Of a stretch of DNA of 64,000 nt, positions 16,126 to 30,554 are shown in pieces; position 1 is the stretch's first letter, and each line of letters starts with the position of its first letter. The notes under the pieces were generated by a model, which was not told the origin of the DNA, did not search any database, and saw only the letters and a program-made list of their open reading frames with translations. Source of the DNA: Eledone cirrhosa (taxonomy: Eukaryota); contig CAXHJY010000333.1 in assembly GCA_964016885.1 (NCBI GenBank), positions 16,070 to 80,069 of the forward strand, in the 5' to 3' direction. The translations under genes were made by a program, and so were the position numbers.

Positions 16126-16374
16126 CATGGATGTTGGAATGGGGGAGAGAGAGAATGAGGGAGAGGTGTAGGCTAGAGATATATATTGAAATATGTATGC
16201 GTGCATATATCTGTCTGTTTGTCTATGTATGTATATATATGCGTGTGTCCCCATCTGTATCTATATACCAGGTAACAACAGCAGCAACATCAGCAGCAGC
16301 CTCCAGAAGTAATACCAGTCGCAGCAGCAAAATGCCCAACAGCATATATATATATATATATATATATACACCTT

Positions 16375-16392
16375 TTTCCCGCTCTCTCTCTC

Positions 16393-16430
<38 letters not shown>

Positions 16431-16852
16431 CCTCTCTCCCCCTCTCTCTCTCTCCCTCGCTCTCTCTCTCTCCCTCGCTCTCTCTCTCTCTCCCTCTCTT
16501 TCTCTCTCTCCCCCTATCCCTCTCTCTCTCCCTCTCTCTCTCTCTATGCGTCTCCCCCATCTCCCCCCTCACCATCCCCCTCACCATCCCTCTCTCCCCC
16601 TCTCTCCCCCTCTCTCCCCCTCTCCCTCTCCATCTCTTTCCCTCCCTCTCTCTCTATCTCGCCCTCTCTCTCCCTCTCTCCCCCCGTCCCTCCTCCGTCC
16701 CCCTCCCTCTCGCCCTCCCTCCCTCCCTCCCCCTCTATATCCTCCTTTCTCCCCATATATCTCCCCCCTCTCCCCCTCTCTCCATCCCTTTCTCCCCCTC
16801 TCTCCATCCCTCTCCATCCCTCTCCCCATCCCTCTCCCCATCCCTCTCTCTA
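16375..16852. repeat. CT-rich low-complexity tract
   Basis: Directly visible. Confidence 0.9.
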
Positions 16853-17336
16853 TATTAATATATATATATATAGGTGGATAATATTGAAATAATGACCCAC
16901 AAAGTACCATTCTTTTTCCACAATCATAAAGCAAAATAAACAAAGGGAGGGATGACGGTTGAAGGAAGTGCGCCAGATTTACACGTCATAAACCTTAGAG
17001 TTCCCCCAGCCTTACCTACTCCCTATTCCCTTGTCTTTCTAATAAACAGCCAGCCTACCACAACATCTCCTTCAACGCCATTACCTTCACAAATGTAAAC
17101 GAAAATCCATAACAATAATAATAATATAAAAAATTAAACAACAACAAAAAAAGAGAGATCTATACACCAACGCCACCTATAGTGTTATAAACATCAAAGA
17201 TTTCACTGTCAGCATGGCTCTTTTATATTGCGGTTGACGTCGCCACCATAGATGTTAGTAGCATATTCGCGCCATTGTGCGTGTGTGTGTGTATATGTAT
17301 GTGTATATGTATATATATATACACACAGATACAGGC

Positions 17337-17375
<39 letters not shown>

Positions 17376-17492
17376 GACGCACACACATATGTATATGCTT
17401 GTAGGTATATAGGTATGTGTGTATATATATTTATATATATATATATATTTATATAGACGCACACACATATGTATATGCTTGTAGGTATATAG

Positions 17493-17527
<35 letters not shown>

Positions 17528-17663
17528 CATGGCCCAGAGTACACAGTAGAAATTCTGATGTAACAAGTCTCAAGCTTGACTTAAAGGACACACACATAGA
17601 CCCATATATATATATATGTATGTGTGTATAGATGGGTGTATAGACGGGGCCTATATATATAGA

Positions 17664-17745
17664 TAGATCCCGAGTTAAATCTGGGGTAACCACACTAAAT
17701 AACGTACACAAAAGAATGAAACTGCTTTAGTCTTGTAGAACTGTA
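17664..17745. mobile_element. Collapsed family E element
   Basis: tagatcccgagttaaatctggggtaacc is the reverse complement of 30500-30527; gaatgaaactgctttagtcttgtagaa matches 30415-30441. Confidence 0.65.
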
Positions 17746-17774
17746 TATATATATATTTTATATATATATATATA

Positions 17775-17788
17775 TATAATTGCAGCAG

Positions 17789-17827
<39 letters not shown>

Positions 17828-17945
17828 GCAGCAGTGTATATATATTGTATATATATATATAATTGCAGCAGTGTATATATATTATATATATATATAATTG
17901 CAGCAGTGTATATATATAATATATATATATAATTGCAGCAGTGTG
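17775..17945. repeat. TA-embedded minisatellite (ataattgcagcagt) x5
   Basis: Motif recurs five times separated by TA runs. Confidence 0.85.
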
Positions 17946-18851
17946 TATATATATATATATGATGTGGGTTATAATACATACTACCCAGTTAAGAACATGA
18001 AAATAGCTCAAATTAAAATAATAAGTATACTACAGAGCCAAAATACAATGTAATTGTTTTGTCATTTACATTGTGTGTGTGTATATATATAATATAGAAG
18101 AAAGAAAAAGAACTTCCTCTCTCGTCTCTATCACTTCTTTGCCTCATGGCATTTTGATGGATAAAAGGCCTCGGGCGTGCTACGGATCGATGTCCTATTT
18201 TAAGCGCCGAAACATCTATGATCCGTAGTAAACAGCTGATGAAGGGCAACTTTTCTCTTGTTTACTAACCACACAGCCTGCCTCTTTACCTGTATTCATA
18301 CATACATACATACATACATACATACATACATACATACATACATCAATGAGTTACACCGCCTGTCTGCGTGTCGTAAGCTACAACTAATATTGTTGACTTC
18401 AGAAATAGCACAACACAGTTATAAAACATTGCCTTCTTACTTAAAATGCTTGGTCGAACTCATGCCCGGAGACTGGTGTCGTGAAAAAACGATGAATCTC
18501 CCATAGGACCCGGTACCAACACATACATCATAAGTCATATTTAATTCTATGCTTGTTTGTATGGAACATTCATCGCCATAGCCGACGGATATCCGTTTCT
18601 ATTACACATGCGTACCAGTAACATGCTCACAAACCGTCCTCTTAAACTACACACCATAATATATGTTGAAACTCCATCAGTTGGGAAGGGGAGATAATTC
18701 AATCCAAAGACAGTAGGAATAACACAACAGCTTTAACAATAGCATAAAATTAAACTCTACACAAACACACATATGTACATACACACACATATATATATGC
18801 ACACACACATATATCCATATGTATAGATAAATTATATACCTAAACATATAT

Positions 18852-19266
18852 ATGGTGGCTGCCAACTCGTTTTCGAGTACGGCCACTACTTTATATCCAT
18901 GTAGGAGAACCCCTACTGATGCGCTGAATGAGTGTGACTTGTTAGTCCAGCCAGCGACTTGAAAACTCTGGTACAAACACTACACTTGTGACAATTACTG
19001 ACACATAGTGCTGGGCCCATGGTACCATGTGACGACAAGTGCAGAGAGATCTCCAGATATAAAGCAATGCCTGTGCCGTGAAGCTTTTATAGTGAGCAAA
19101 GGCACTGCACAAAGCCAGTCCCACTCTCTTAACCAAGATGATATGTACCAAAAAGAAGAACAAGTCAAGATCATTGGATACCATCGGGGTTGCAGGTGTT
19201 ATATCAGAGTTTTCCTTCTCCTAGAATTCGGCCTTGACAAAGGCTAAGGGGTCATCTCTCCCGGAG
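18852..19266 (-). mobile_element. Non-autonomous RTE-derived element, 5'-truncated copy
   Basis: Reverse complement of 57068-57479 with high similarity; C2H2 finger [22 protein letters not shown]. Confidence 0.75.
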
Positions 19267-19447
19267 ATATATATAAACATATATATGCACTCATAGATAC
19301 ACACACACACACACATTTATATACATATACATATATTTACATTATATAGATATATACACACACACACACACACACACATGTATATATACACATTTATATA
19401 CATATATATATATACATTATATATACACACGTCCACACACACACACA

Positions 19448-19488
<41 letters not shown>

Positions 19489-20336
19489 CCTGAAGCAATC
19501 CACATCAATGCGCAATACACTTATCCACTTACCTCATTAAGCTAGCTATAACTGTTCAGTAAGACATCATTTTCTGCGTCTCCCACCAAACCGTCACAAC
19601 CACCTGGTAAACACTTCTACAGCTATTATTATCCCAACTACCTCAAATATCAATACGCAAAACCAAAATACCCTTTCTAGAATTTTTAAAGAATTCTTGT
19701 GGAAATAATTCTTTGTATTGGGATGGAAAATCGATGCTCTTAGAATTCAATAAAGGAGAAGAAAAAAATGCATTTCAAATTACACAACTGAAATAGCCAA
19801 TCTAATAAAAATTACATACAAACAAGCCTAGAACCTCCTTAACTATACAATAGATAAACACATCTCGCAATAAATATTCAGAACCATCAAAGTAACCTCA
19901 GTGTTGTTGAATGATGTGCTAGAAAGAGCAGCCAGATTATATTTCTCAAATTACAATATAATGACTTAGAAGAGGGAATTGACGAAACAACACGAGTAAG
20001 AGGAACACCAACAACAAGATTAGCCACACCAACAAAAGCAATTACAACAGCAACAACAGTAACAAGAGAAACAAAGACACTAACACAAACACCAGCAACA
20101 CTACCAAAATCACTAACACCATCAATACCACTACAAACAACGCCACCACAAACAGTAATAATAACAACAACACAACAACAAGGTACTCTCAGGTCTTGAA
20201 TAATCGTCACCTCCCTGCTTATTAATTTTTCAGCTTTTATTCTAACTCCCCTACCCGCTTATTAAATTTTGCTGATCGATCTCCGGCGAAATTTGATTGT
20301 AAGTGATTCATATCGATACAGCAGCTGGAGAATCTA

Positions 20337-20493
20337 ATAATTGTTTCTAGTTTTGGCACAAGGCCAGCAATTACCCAGTAATGATGTCACGCAAAGTTAT
20401 CCTCGGTGGGATTTGAACTCAAACCGTAAAGGCTCGTAGCTATGCTGTAAAGCATGTTGCTCGACACCCTACCGATACTGCCAATCCATCGCC
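20337..20493 (-). mobile_element. SINE with target-site duplication
   Basis: SINE motifs in reverse; direct repeat ctggagaatctaataatt at 20325-20342 and 20494-20511. Confidence 0.85.
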
Positions 20494-20829
20494 CTGGAGA
20501 ATCTAATAATTATTTTATTTTACATTAAAAAAACATTATATTTGACAAAAAAAAAGGACATTAGGCGCTGAGCTGGCCAGCCGCAGGTGTGATCTCGCAA
20601 GATGGAATAGCTCTTCCATCGCATCTCCCTTACCATCCTCCGGGGAAACGCCTTCTTCATTCTGTCCACGAGGCTGTGGGGCGGCCAGCACGTGAGACCC
20701 CCTTTGTTCACTATACACAGAGATTGAGGCGATGACGGTGGGAGTTGGGTTCTTCCGTGTTCGGACACATTGCACCAGTGAAGAGTGTATTTTCATATTT
20801 ACACATTGATAAATTTGTGTGCATTATAT

Positions 20830-20945
20830 TTCAAATCCCGCCGAGGTTAACTTTGCCTTTCATCCTTACGGGGTCGATAAAATAAAGTACCAGTAATGCA
20901 CTGGGTAATTGTTGGCCTTGTGCCAAAAGTAGAAACAATTATATT
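20830..20945 (+). mobile_element. 5'-truncated SINE
   Basis: ttcaaatcccgccgaggttaac...gtgccaaaagtagaaacaatt. Confidence 0.88.
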
Positions 20946-21425
20946 TATAAAGTGCCATATACACAGGCATTTTGATACTTTCTAATTAATACACCTAAAG
21001 AAAAAAATCCCATATTTACGAGCGTACACTATACAATTACCGATCCCCCCACCCGTTTATTCTAACCCTCCCCTCCTCCGCTTATAAGAATTTAAGCAAA
21101 TGTCCAACACACCCGCTTATTCCACTCAACCTCCACATCCTGTATTATTTGGGACCCGAGAGTAGCTAGCTTTAAGCAACTAAAAACAAAACAAAGAGCG
21201 TAAAAAGGAAAATCAAAATGGCGAATATGAGAAGAGAGGCTGTCGGCAGATTAAAGGCATAAGTTTACGTAACAGCAGACATTTTTACACTTCACTCTTC
21301 CGTAACAACTGTGCTATACTCTCCCCTACATAACTCATTTCCTGTTCCGCCGACATGCCTTTTCTTTATATTTCGACATACACCCAACCCCCGAATACTT
21401 TTCTCAATATACACGTACCTCTTGC

Positions 21426-21460
<35 letters not shown>

Positions 21461-21539
21461 TATGTGTGTGTGAGAGCTAATATACATTTTAATATTTATA
21501 TATATATATATTGTATATATTATGTAAATATACATATTT

Positions 21540-23050
<1,511 letters not shown>

Positions 23051-23208
23051 ATGGGTGGATGTTAACCTACTAGGCAAGGAATCTGTGCTACGGAAGTTGT
23101 ACAGCTTTAAACTTACAAAAAAAAACCCTATGAAATCCCAGAATACGTCTGATCTACCATTTGCCGGGGACATAGATGGAAACCTGGTTGATGAAGCTAG
23201 TAAATATG

Positions 23209-23209
<1 letters not shown>

Positions 23210-23246
<37 letters not shown>

Positions 23247-24100
23247 CATTACTGCTAGTATTACTACTAATTTTACTGCTACTATTACTACTACTTTTAC
23301 TGCTACTATTACTACTACTTTTACTGCTACTATTACTACTACTTTTACTGCTACTATTACTACTACTTTTACTGCTACTATTACTACTACTTTTACTGCT
23401 ACTATTACTACTACTTTTACTGCTACTATTATTACTACTGTTACTGCTACTATTACTACTACTTTTACTGCTACTATTACTACTACTTTTACTGCTACTA
23501 TTATTACTACTTTAACTGCTACTATTACTACTACTGTTACTGCTACTACTATTACTACTGTTACTGCTACTATTATTACTACAGTTACTACTACTATTAC
23601 TACTACTGTTACTGCTACTATTATTACTACTTTAACTGCTACTATTACTACTACTTTTACTGCTACTATTATTACTACTGTTACTGCTACTATTATTACT
23701 ACTGTTACTACTACTATTACTACTACTGTTACTGCTACTATTATTACTACTTTAACTGCTACTATTACTACTACTTTTACTGCTACTATTATTACTACTG
23801 TTACTGCTACTATTACTACTACTGTTACTGCTACTATTACTACTACTTTTACTGCTACTATTACTATTACAGCTACTATTACTATTACTGCTGCTACTAC
23901 TGTTACTGCTACTATTATTACTACTTTTACTGCTACTATTACTACTACTTTTACTGCTACGATTACTACTACTGTTTCTGCTACTATTACTACTACTAGT
24001 TGTATTACTGCTGCTACTAGTATTATTATTATTACTACTACTACTACTATTACTACTTTTACTGCGACTACTAGTAGTATTACTACTGGTACTAGTATCA
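23210..24100. repeat. ACT/ATT triplet minisatellite, 24-bp unit
   Basis: actgctactattactactactttt repeated. Confidence 0.93.
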
Positions 24101-24104
24101 TTAG

Positions 24105-24812
24105 AATTAGCAGTATCGGTAGAGGGTCGGACGCCATGCTTTGACGCATAGAGTTACGGCCCTTTCCATTCTGAGTTCAAATCCCGCCGAGGTTAACTTT
24201 GCCTTTCAACCTTACGGGATCGATAAAATAAAATACCAGTAATACACTGAGATAAATGCTGGCCTTGTGCCAAAAGTAGAAACAATTATTACTACTAATG
24301 TTACTGCTAATTTTACTAATTTTATTACTTCTACTGCTACTAGTATTATTACCACTACTTTTTCTGCTACTATTACTACTACTTCTCTACTACTACTACT
24401 ACTACTAGTATTATTATTATTATTACTACTAATACTAGGGTTAGTGGATTGGCAGTATCGGTAGAGAATCGGACACCATGCTTTTTAGCATAGTTATGGC
24501 CCTTTACGTTCTGCGTTCAAATCCCGCCGTGGTTAGATTTGCCTTTCATCCTTACGGGGTCGATAAATAAAGCACCAGTAATACACTGGGGGTCCTTTCC
24601 TGTCTCCCCCCCCCCCAAAAAAAAAAATTACTGGCCTTGTGCCTATACTAGAAATCATTATTATTACTACAACTACTACTAGTATTATTATTACTACTAA
24701 TCCTGCCGAGGTTAACTTTGCCTTTCATCTTTCCGGGGTCGATAAAATAAAGTACCAGTAATACACTGGAATAATTGCTGTCCTTGTGCAAAAAGTAGAA
24801 ACAATTATTATT
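24105..24812 (+). mobile_element. Three tandem SINE copies separated by ACT/ATT tails
   Basis: Copies at ~24105-24290, 24440-24665, 24700-24812 with core gttaactttgcctttcatc. Confidence 0.9.
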
Positions 24813-26785
24813 ACTACTACTACATCTAATATTATTTCTGCAACTATTACTACATCTAATATTATTACTACTAGTACTAGTACTACTACTATTACTAGTA
24901 CGGCTACTATTATTATTATTACTACTACTACATCTAATATTATTTCTGCAACTATTGGTACATCTAGTATTATTACTACTAGTACTAGTACTACTATTAC
25001 TACTAGTACTACTATTACTAGTACGACTACTATTATTATTACTACTACTACATCTAATATTATTTCTGCAACTATTGGTACATCTAGTATTATTACTACT
25101 AGTACTAGTACTACTATTACTAGTACGACTACTATTATTATTACTACTACTACATCTAATATTATTTCTGCAACTATTGGTACATCTAGTATTATTACTA
25201 CTAGTACTAGTACTACTATTACTAGTACGACTACTATTATTATTACTACTACTACATCTAATATTATTTCTGCAACTATTGGTACATCTAGTATTATTAC
25301 TACTAGTACTAGTACTACTATTACTAGTACGACTACTATTATTATTACTACTACTACATCTAATATTATTTCTGCAACTATTACTACATCTAATATTATT
25401 ACTACTAGTACTAGTACTACTACTATTACTAGTACGGCTACTATTATTATTATTACTACTACTACATCTAATATTATTTCTGCAACTATTGGTACATCTA
25501 GTATTATTACTACTAGTACTAGTACTACTATTACTACTAGTACTACTATTACTAGTACGACTACTATTATTATTACTACTACTACATCTAATATTATTTC
25601 TGCAACTATTGGTACATCTAGTATTATTACTACTAGTACTAGTACTACTATTACTAGTACGACTACTATTATTATTACTACTACTACATCTAATATTATT
25701 TCTGCAACTATTGGTACATCTAGTATTATTACTACTAGTACTAGTACTACTATTACTAGTACGACTACTATTATTATTACTACTACTACATCTAATATTA
25801 TTTCTGCAACTATTACTACATCTAATATTATTACTACTAGTACTAGTACTACTACTATTACTAGTACGGCTACTATTATTATTATTACTACTACTACATC
25901 TAATATTATTTCTGCAACTATTGGTACATCTAGTATTATTACTACTAGTACTAGTACTACTATTACTACTAGTACTACTATTACTAGTACGACTACTATT
26001 ATTATTACTACTACTACATCTAATATTATTTCTGCAACTATTGGTACATCTAGTATTATTACTACTAGTACTAGTACTACTATTACTAGTACGACTACTA
26101 TTATTATTACTACTACTACATCTAATATTATTTCTGCAACTATTGGTACATCTAGTATTATTACTACTAGTACTAGTACTACTATTACTAGTACGACTAC
26201 TATTATTATTACTACTACTACATCTAATATTATTTCTGCAACTATTGGTACATCTAGTATTATTACTACTAGTACTAGTACGACTATTACTAGTACGACT
26301 ACTATTATTATTACTACTACTACATCTAATATTATTTCTGCAACTATTGGTACATCTAGTATTATTTCTACTAGTACTAGTACTACTATTACTAGTACGA
26401 CTACTATTATTATTACTACTACTACATCTAATATTATTTCTGCAACTATTACTACATCTAGTATTACTACTACTAGTACTAGTACGACTATTACTAGTAC
26501 GACTACTATTATTATTACTACTACTACATCTAATATTATTTCTACTAGTACTACTATTACTAGTACGACTACTATTATTATTACTACTACTACATCTAAT
26601 ATTAATTCTGCAACTATTACTACATCTAGTATTATTACTACTAGTACTAGTACTACTATTACTAGTGCGACTACTATTATTATTACTACTACTACATCTA
26701 ATATTATTTCTGCAACTATTACTACATCTAGTATTATTACTACTAGTACTAGTACTACTATTACTATTGCGACTACTATTATTAC
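24813..26785. repeat. 102-bp minisatellite (108/120-bp variants) built from ACT/ATT/AGT triplets
   Basis: acatctaatattatttctgcaac recurs at 25050 and 25152 and onward. Confidence 0.95.
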
Positions 26786-27388
26786 TAATGTTAAAATCCC
26801 GCCAATTGCTGGCTGTGTGCCAATAGTAGAAACAATTATTACTAATACAACTACAGTAGTAATATTAGTAATGTTAGTTATTACCACATTAGATCTCTCA
26901 CTCTCTGGACCCCCTTCTATCATTCTCTGTAAGAGATCTGCTTTACTCAGGCCCGCAGAAGGGATGGGCTTTACCGGATTATAAAAATGACCCTAAGAAA
27001 CGCCATATGCCGCTACAGCACTCCTACGACCCACTCACGAGTTACGGTTCCCTACCATACCATACTATACCATTTGTAGTTCGATCGCTTATAGGATTCG
27101 ATCCCGATTCCTGCTCTGTTAGTAACCGTGTGTTTCGGTTATGTTTTACTTCTCATAGTCAACTGGTTATGCGTGACACTAGAGACGATGAATTAACATA
27201 CCATGAAAATAAAATGATCAGATAAGGCTGGGTGGCGTTCGGGTGGCGTGTGGGGTGGATGAAAAGGCTAAAGAAGACATTTCTATGTGAGGTGTCAAGT
27301 TGTTGTTATTAACTTTTTCATTGTTTTTGTGTTCCATGTTTGAGGCTCCACTACTCCGCTCTCCCATTTTCTCATTCTCTCTCTCTAT

Positions 27389-27461
<73 letters not shown>

Positions 27462-27466
<5 letters not shown>

Positions 27467-27654
27467 AGAAGGTATGACCCCGACGGCAGAGCTCAAGCCA
27501 TTTCGACGGCTATTTCTGGTCCAGAAATAGCCTTCCTAACGGCTTGAGCTCTGCCGTCGGGGTCATACCTTCTCCTATTTCGCACTCCACTACCCTAAGT
27601 ATTGAGTACTCTGGTGCGTTATGGTCCATCTGGTTCCTTACCACAATTCCTGTG

Positions 27655-27655
<1 letters not shown>
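27462..27655 (+). mobile_element. Fold-back mini-element, family F
   Basis: Arms 27462-27518 and 27520-27578, then tail gagtactctggtgcgttatggtcca; in (TA)n. Confidence 0.8.
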
Positions 27656-27694
<39 letters not shown>

Positions 27695-27711
27695 TAAAAT
27701 AACAGATTAAT

Positions 27712-27761
27712 GTTTAAGCAAAGAATCGCTGCTTTCACCCTTAACGGGATCTTCTGAAACT
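27712..27761 (-). ncRNA. Hammerhead-like motif (U4A core), inverted arm
   Basis: Reverse complement of 30028-30078. Confidence 0.65.
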
Positions 27762-28125
27762 AACAAAGTCAATCTGTAAACGCAGAACTGGATATTTCAA
27801 AAAACGTTGCAGCCGGAGGAAGACAGGAAGACGATACTTTGGTTCGTGGAAACGTTCGCTGGCTAAGAACGGGAAAAAACGAATAATACGTCATTAATAG
27901 GAGCGGTGAAAAACAATTACGCGCAAAGACAGAACCACGTTTATGGTATAAAAGAGGTCGTAGACTAATGTTCTCTTAGGTGGTGCATAGAGACGTTCTC
28001 TGGCAAGGAACGAAAAAACGAAGATAATAAGTCATATGTGGAGCGTGGAGAACAATAGCACGCAAAGACAAAACCACGTAAATGGTATAGCAGAAGTTGT
28101 AGACTAAAATTCTAACTAGGAGACC

Positions 28126-29103
28126 AATCTCTCGGTCGTTAATTACCTCGACGTTACCCTCAATTTATTGAATGGGTTGTATTCCCCGTATAGAAAGCCG
28201 AATGATACACTTAATTACATAAGTAAGCATTCCAACCATCCTGCCAGCATAACCAAGAACCTGGTAAAAAACGTTTCGTTGAGGCTTTCCCGTCTTTCCA
28301 CCAACGAGCGCATTTTCAATGACCATTCCACTTATTACAATGAAAATCTTGCTCGAAGTGGATTTGTCGATAAGGTAGCATATACAGAGTACGAAAATAG
28401 ACCTAGAAGAAATAGATCCCGTCGCATTTGTTGGTTTAACCCACCATATAATATGGAGGTGGCCACACCATTAGCTAAGATCTTTCTTTCCCTTATTACG
28501 AAGCATTTTCCCCCTACACATAAATATAGTAAAATTTTTAATAGAAATACTATTCAAATTTCTTACTCTACGACTCCTAACCTTGCACATAACATCACAG
28601 CTTCAAATTTAGCTAAACTACCTAGCCGTAGGAACACGTGCAACCCTGTAGTTAGTACTAACTGTAATTGTAGAAATCGGGCTGATTGCCCCCTATCCGG
28701 GAAATGCCTCTCTAGTAACATTGTCTACAAATGTAAGGTTGTAACACCCACGTCCCGTAGGGCCTACATAGGGTTAACCGCCAATAGTTTCAAGCAGCGT
28801 ATTTACATGCATACCCATTCTTTTCGTTACCCTCTAAGAAGGAATATGACGTCACTTTCAGCTTATATCTGGAGTCTAAAAGATAACCACACCCAATATA
28901 AGTTACACTCGGAGATCCTAGCTAGGGCTAGATCGTATAACGGAAATAAAAGACCATGTGACCTCTGCGCAGCTGAGGCCCTGGAAATACTCTACGCCAC
29001 AGACCACATCTTAAACAAAAACTCTGAGGCAATTTCGGCTTGTAAACATAAATTGCACAAAACTTTCCTGTATTACAGCCCCATGTTATACCCTAACGGA
29101 TAG
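28126..29103 (+). CDS. PLE protein C-terminal part: end of RT, thumb, Cys cluster, GIY-YIG endonuclease (truncated)
   Basis: VNYLDVTLNL, YRKPN, SNHP, WFNPPY, KIFNRNT, CNCR..CPL.G.CL, IVYKC...AYIGLT...FKQR...H, CDLC. Confidence 0.88.
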   Translation, partial: NLSVVNYLDVTLNLLNGLYSPYRKPNDTLNYISKHSNHPASITKNLVKNVSLRLSRLSTNERIFNDHSTYYNENLARSGFVDKVAYTEYENRPRRNRSRRICWFNPPYNMEVATPLAKIFLSLITKHFPPTHKYSKIFNRNTIQISYSTTPNLAHNITASNLAKLPSRRNTCNPVVSTNCNCRNRADCPLSGKCLSSNIVYKCKVVTPTSRRAYIGLTANSFKQRIYMHTHSFRYPLRRNMTSLSAYIWSLKDNHTQYKLHSEILARARSYNGNKRPCDLCAAEALEILYATDHILNKNSEAISACKHKLHKTFLYYSPMLYPNG

Positions 29104-30027
29104 CACGATCTATACGTGGATATTTTACGTCTTGATGTGGGAGCTAAGTATATGTTTTGTTTATTCCTTTACTTATTTGCATAGGTAAGTATATATTACC
29201 CGTATGTTTTGTGGAGGTATGTATACCTTCTCGTACGTATATTTGACTATTTTGGCGTATAATTTTTACATATTCTGGTATTTAGGGTTTGGCTATGTGT
29301 ATACGGGAGTTTTGCGTCTGCATGAGTAAGCAGGTTCGTACGTATGGTGGGTGTGTGTATATGTGTACTTCTTGTTTTAGTTGACTTACGTCTCCGAACA
29401 TTCGTGTATTTATTTGTAGGTATGTGTGTGCGCTTGTTATATACGTATTTATTTACTTATATACGTTTATATAATTATTTATTTATTTGTACACAAGCAT
29501 ACACACACATATTTATATGTGCGTGGTTTCGTATACCTATGGTAAGGTTTTGCGTATGCTTGTGTATGTATGTATCTGTTTGCGTGTATGTATTTATTTG
29601 TTTCTATTACTTCTGTATTGTATTTATTTACTTTGTTCTTAACTCTGTAGCGGAGATTCATTTGGTCTCCTAGTTAGAATTTTAGTCTACAACTTCTGCT
29701 ATACCATTTACGTGGTTTTGTCTTTGCGTGCTATTGTTCTCCACGCTCCACATATGACTTATTATCTTCGTTTTTTTGTTCCTTGCCAGAGAACGTCTCT
29801 ATGCACCACCTAAGAGAACATTAGTCTACGACCTCTTTTATACCATAAACGTGGTTCTGTCTTTGCGCGTAATTGTTTTTCACCGCTCCTATTAATGACG
29901 TATTATTCGTTTTTTCCCGTTCTTAGCCAGCGAACGTTTCCACGAACCAAAGTATCGTCTTCCTGTCTTCCTCCGGTTGCAACGTTTTTTGAAATATCCA
30001 GTTCTGCGTTTACAGATTGACTTTGTT

Positions 30028-30078
30028 AGTTTCAGAAGATCCCGTTAAGGGTGAAAGCAGCGATTCTTTGCTTAAACT
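30028..30078 (+). ncRNA. Hammerhead-like motif with CAGAAGA core (U4A)
   Basis: agttt-CAGAAGA-t ccc gttaa ggg t-GAA-AGCA gcgattctt TGCT-T-aaact; all three helices pair. Confidence 0.68.
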
Positions 30079-30209
30079 TTAATCTGTTATTTTAATAAAT
30101 ATTTGCTCTACGGTTCTTATAAATTTGATATATATTTTCCTTATCGAGACCTCTTTGGATTTTAGTCTTCAATTTTATTATTACTATATATATATATATA
30201 TATATATTT

Positions 30210-30528
30210 TAATATAGAAATGAATTCTACAGGATTAGAACTGTTTCATTCGGAGGAAATCATCAGAAAGCCGACTGTCAATGTAAATTTCTGGTATTCA
30301 TACACTTTGTCATGGCGAGGGAAGGGTAGTGGTTGGGGAAACTTTAAAGAAAGAAGTTTAGTGGCAAGTTCCAATTGAAATAAACACTTCTTTATTCTAT
30401 AGTACAATTCCTCCGAATGAAACAGTTCTAGTCCTGTAGAAGCCATTACTATATTAAATTACTTTTACTCTGCTATGTTTTGAGTACCATACTTACTCTG
30501 GTTACCCCCGATTTAACCCGGGATCTAC
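30210..30528. mobile_element. Fold-back mini-element, family E; HHR-like core on minus strand ~30226-30272
   Basis: Arms ~30210-30258 and ~30408-30456; minus CTGATGA-t ttc ctcc gaa t-GAAAC; tail to 30528. Confidence 0.72.
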
Positions 30529-30554
30529 ATATATATATATATAGATATAGATAT

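Larger units (their letters stand above)
20184..21164. mobile_element. TA-flanked TIR DNA element (Tc1/mariner-superfamily-like, non-autonomous) carrying nested SINEs
   Basis: Left tactctcaggtcttgaataa vs right ttatttgggacccgagagta; subterminal cccgcttatt repeats. Confidence 0.6.
27688..30185 (+). mobile_element. Penelope-like retroelement, 5'-truncated, with inverted ~440-bp pLTR arm (family A)
   Basis: 27688-28127 is the reverse complement of 29662-30101; RT-end/GIY-YIG ORF in between; (TA)n on both sides. Confidence 0.92.

Noticed and set aside
18236-18290. CTGATGAAGGG motif
   Set aside because: No nearby helix II closure or GAAA found.
20520-20796. GC-rich short ORFs inside the TIR element
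   Set aside because: No recognisable transposase or other motif.
24725-26984. 732-aa mucin-like ORFs on both strands
   Set aside because: Start and end lie within SINE sequence or repeat; triplet-repeat artefact.
27688-30101. DNA transposon with long TIRs
   Set aside because: The ORF is RT-end plus GIY-YIG truncated at the arm junction, and the arms are asymmetric; this is a PLE inversion, not TIRs.
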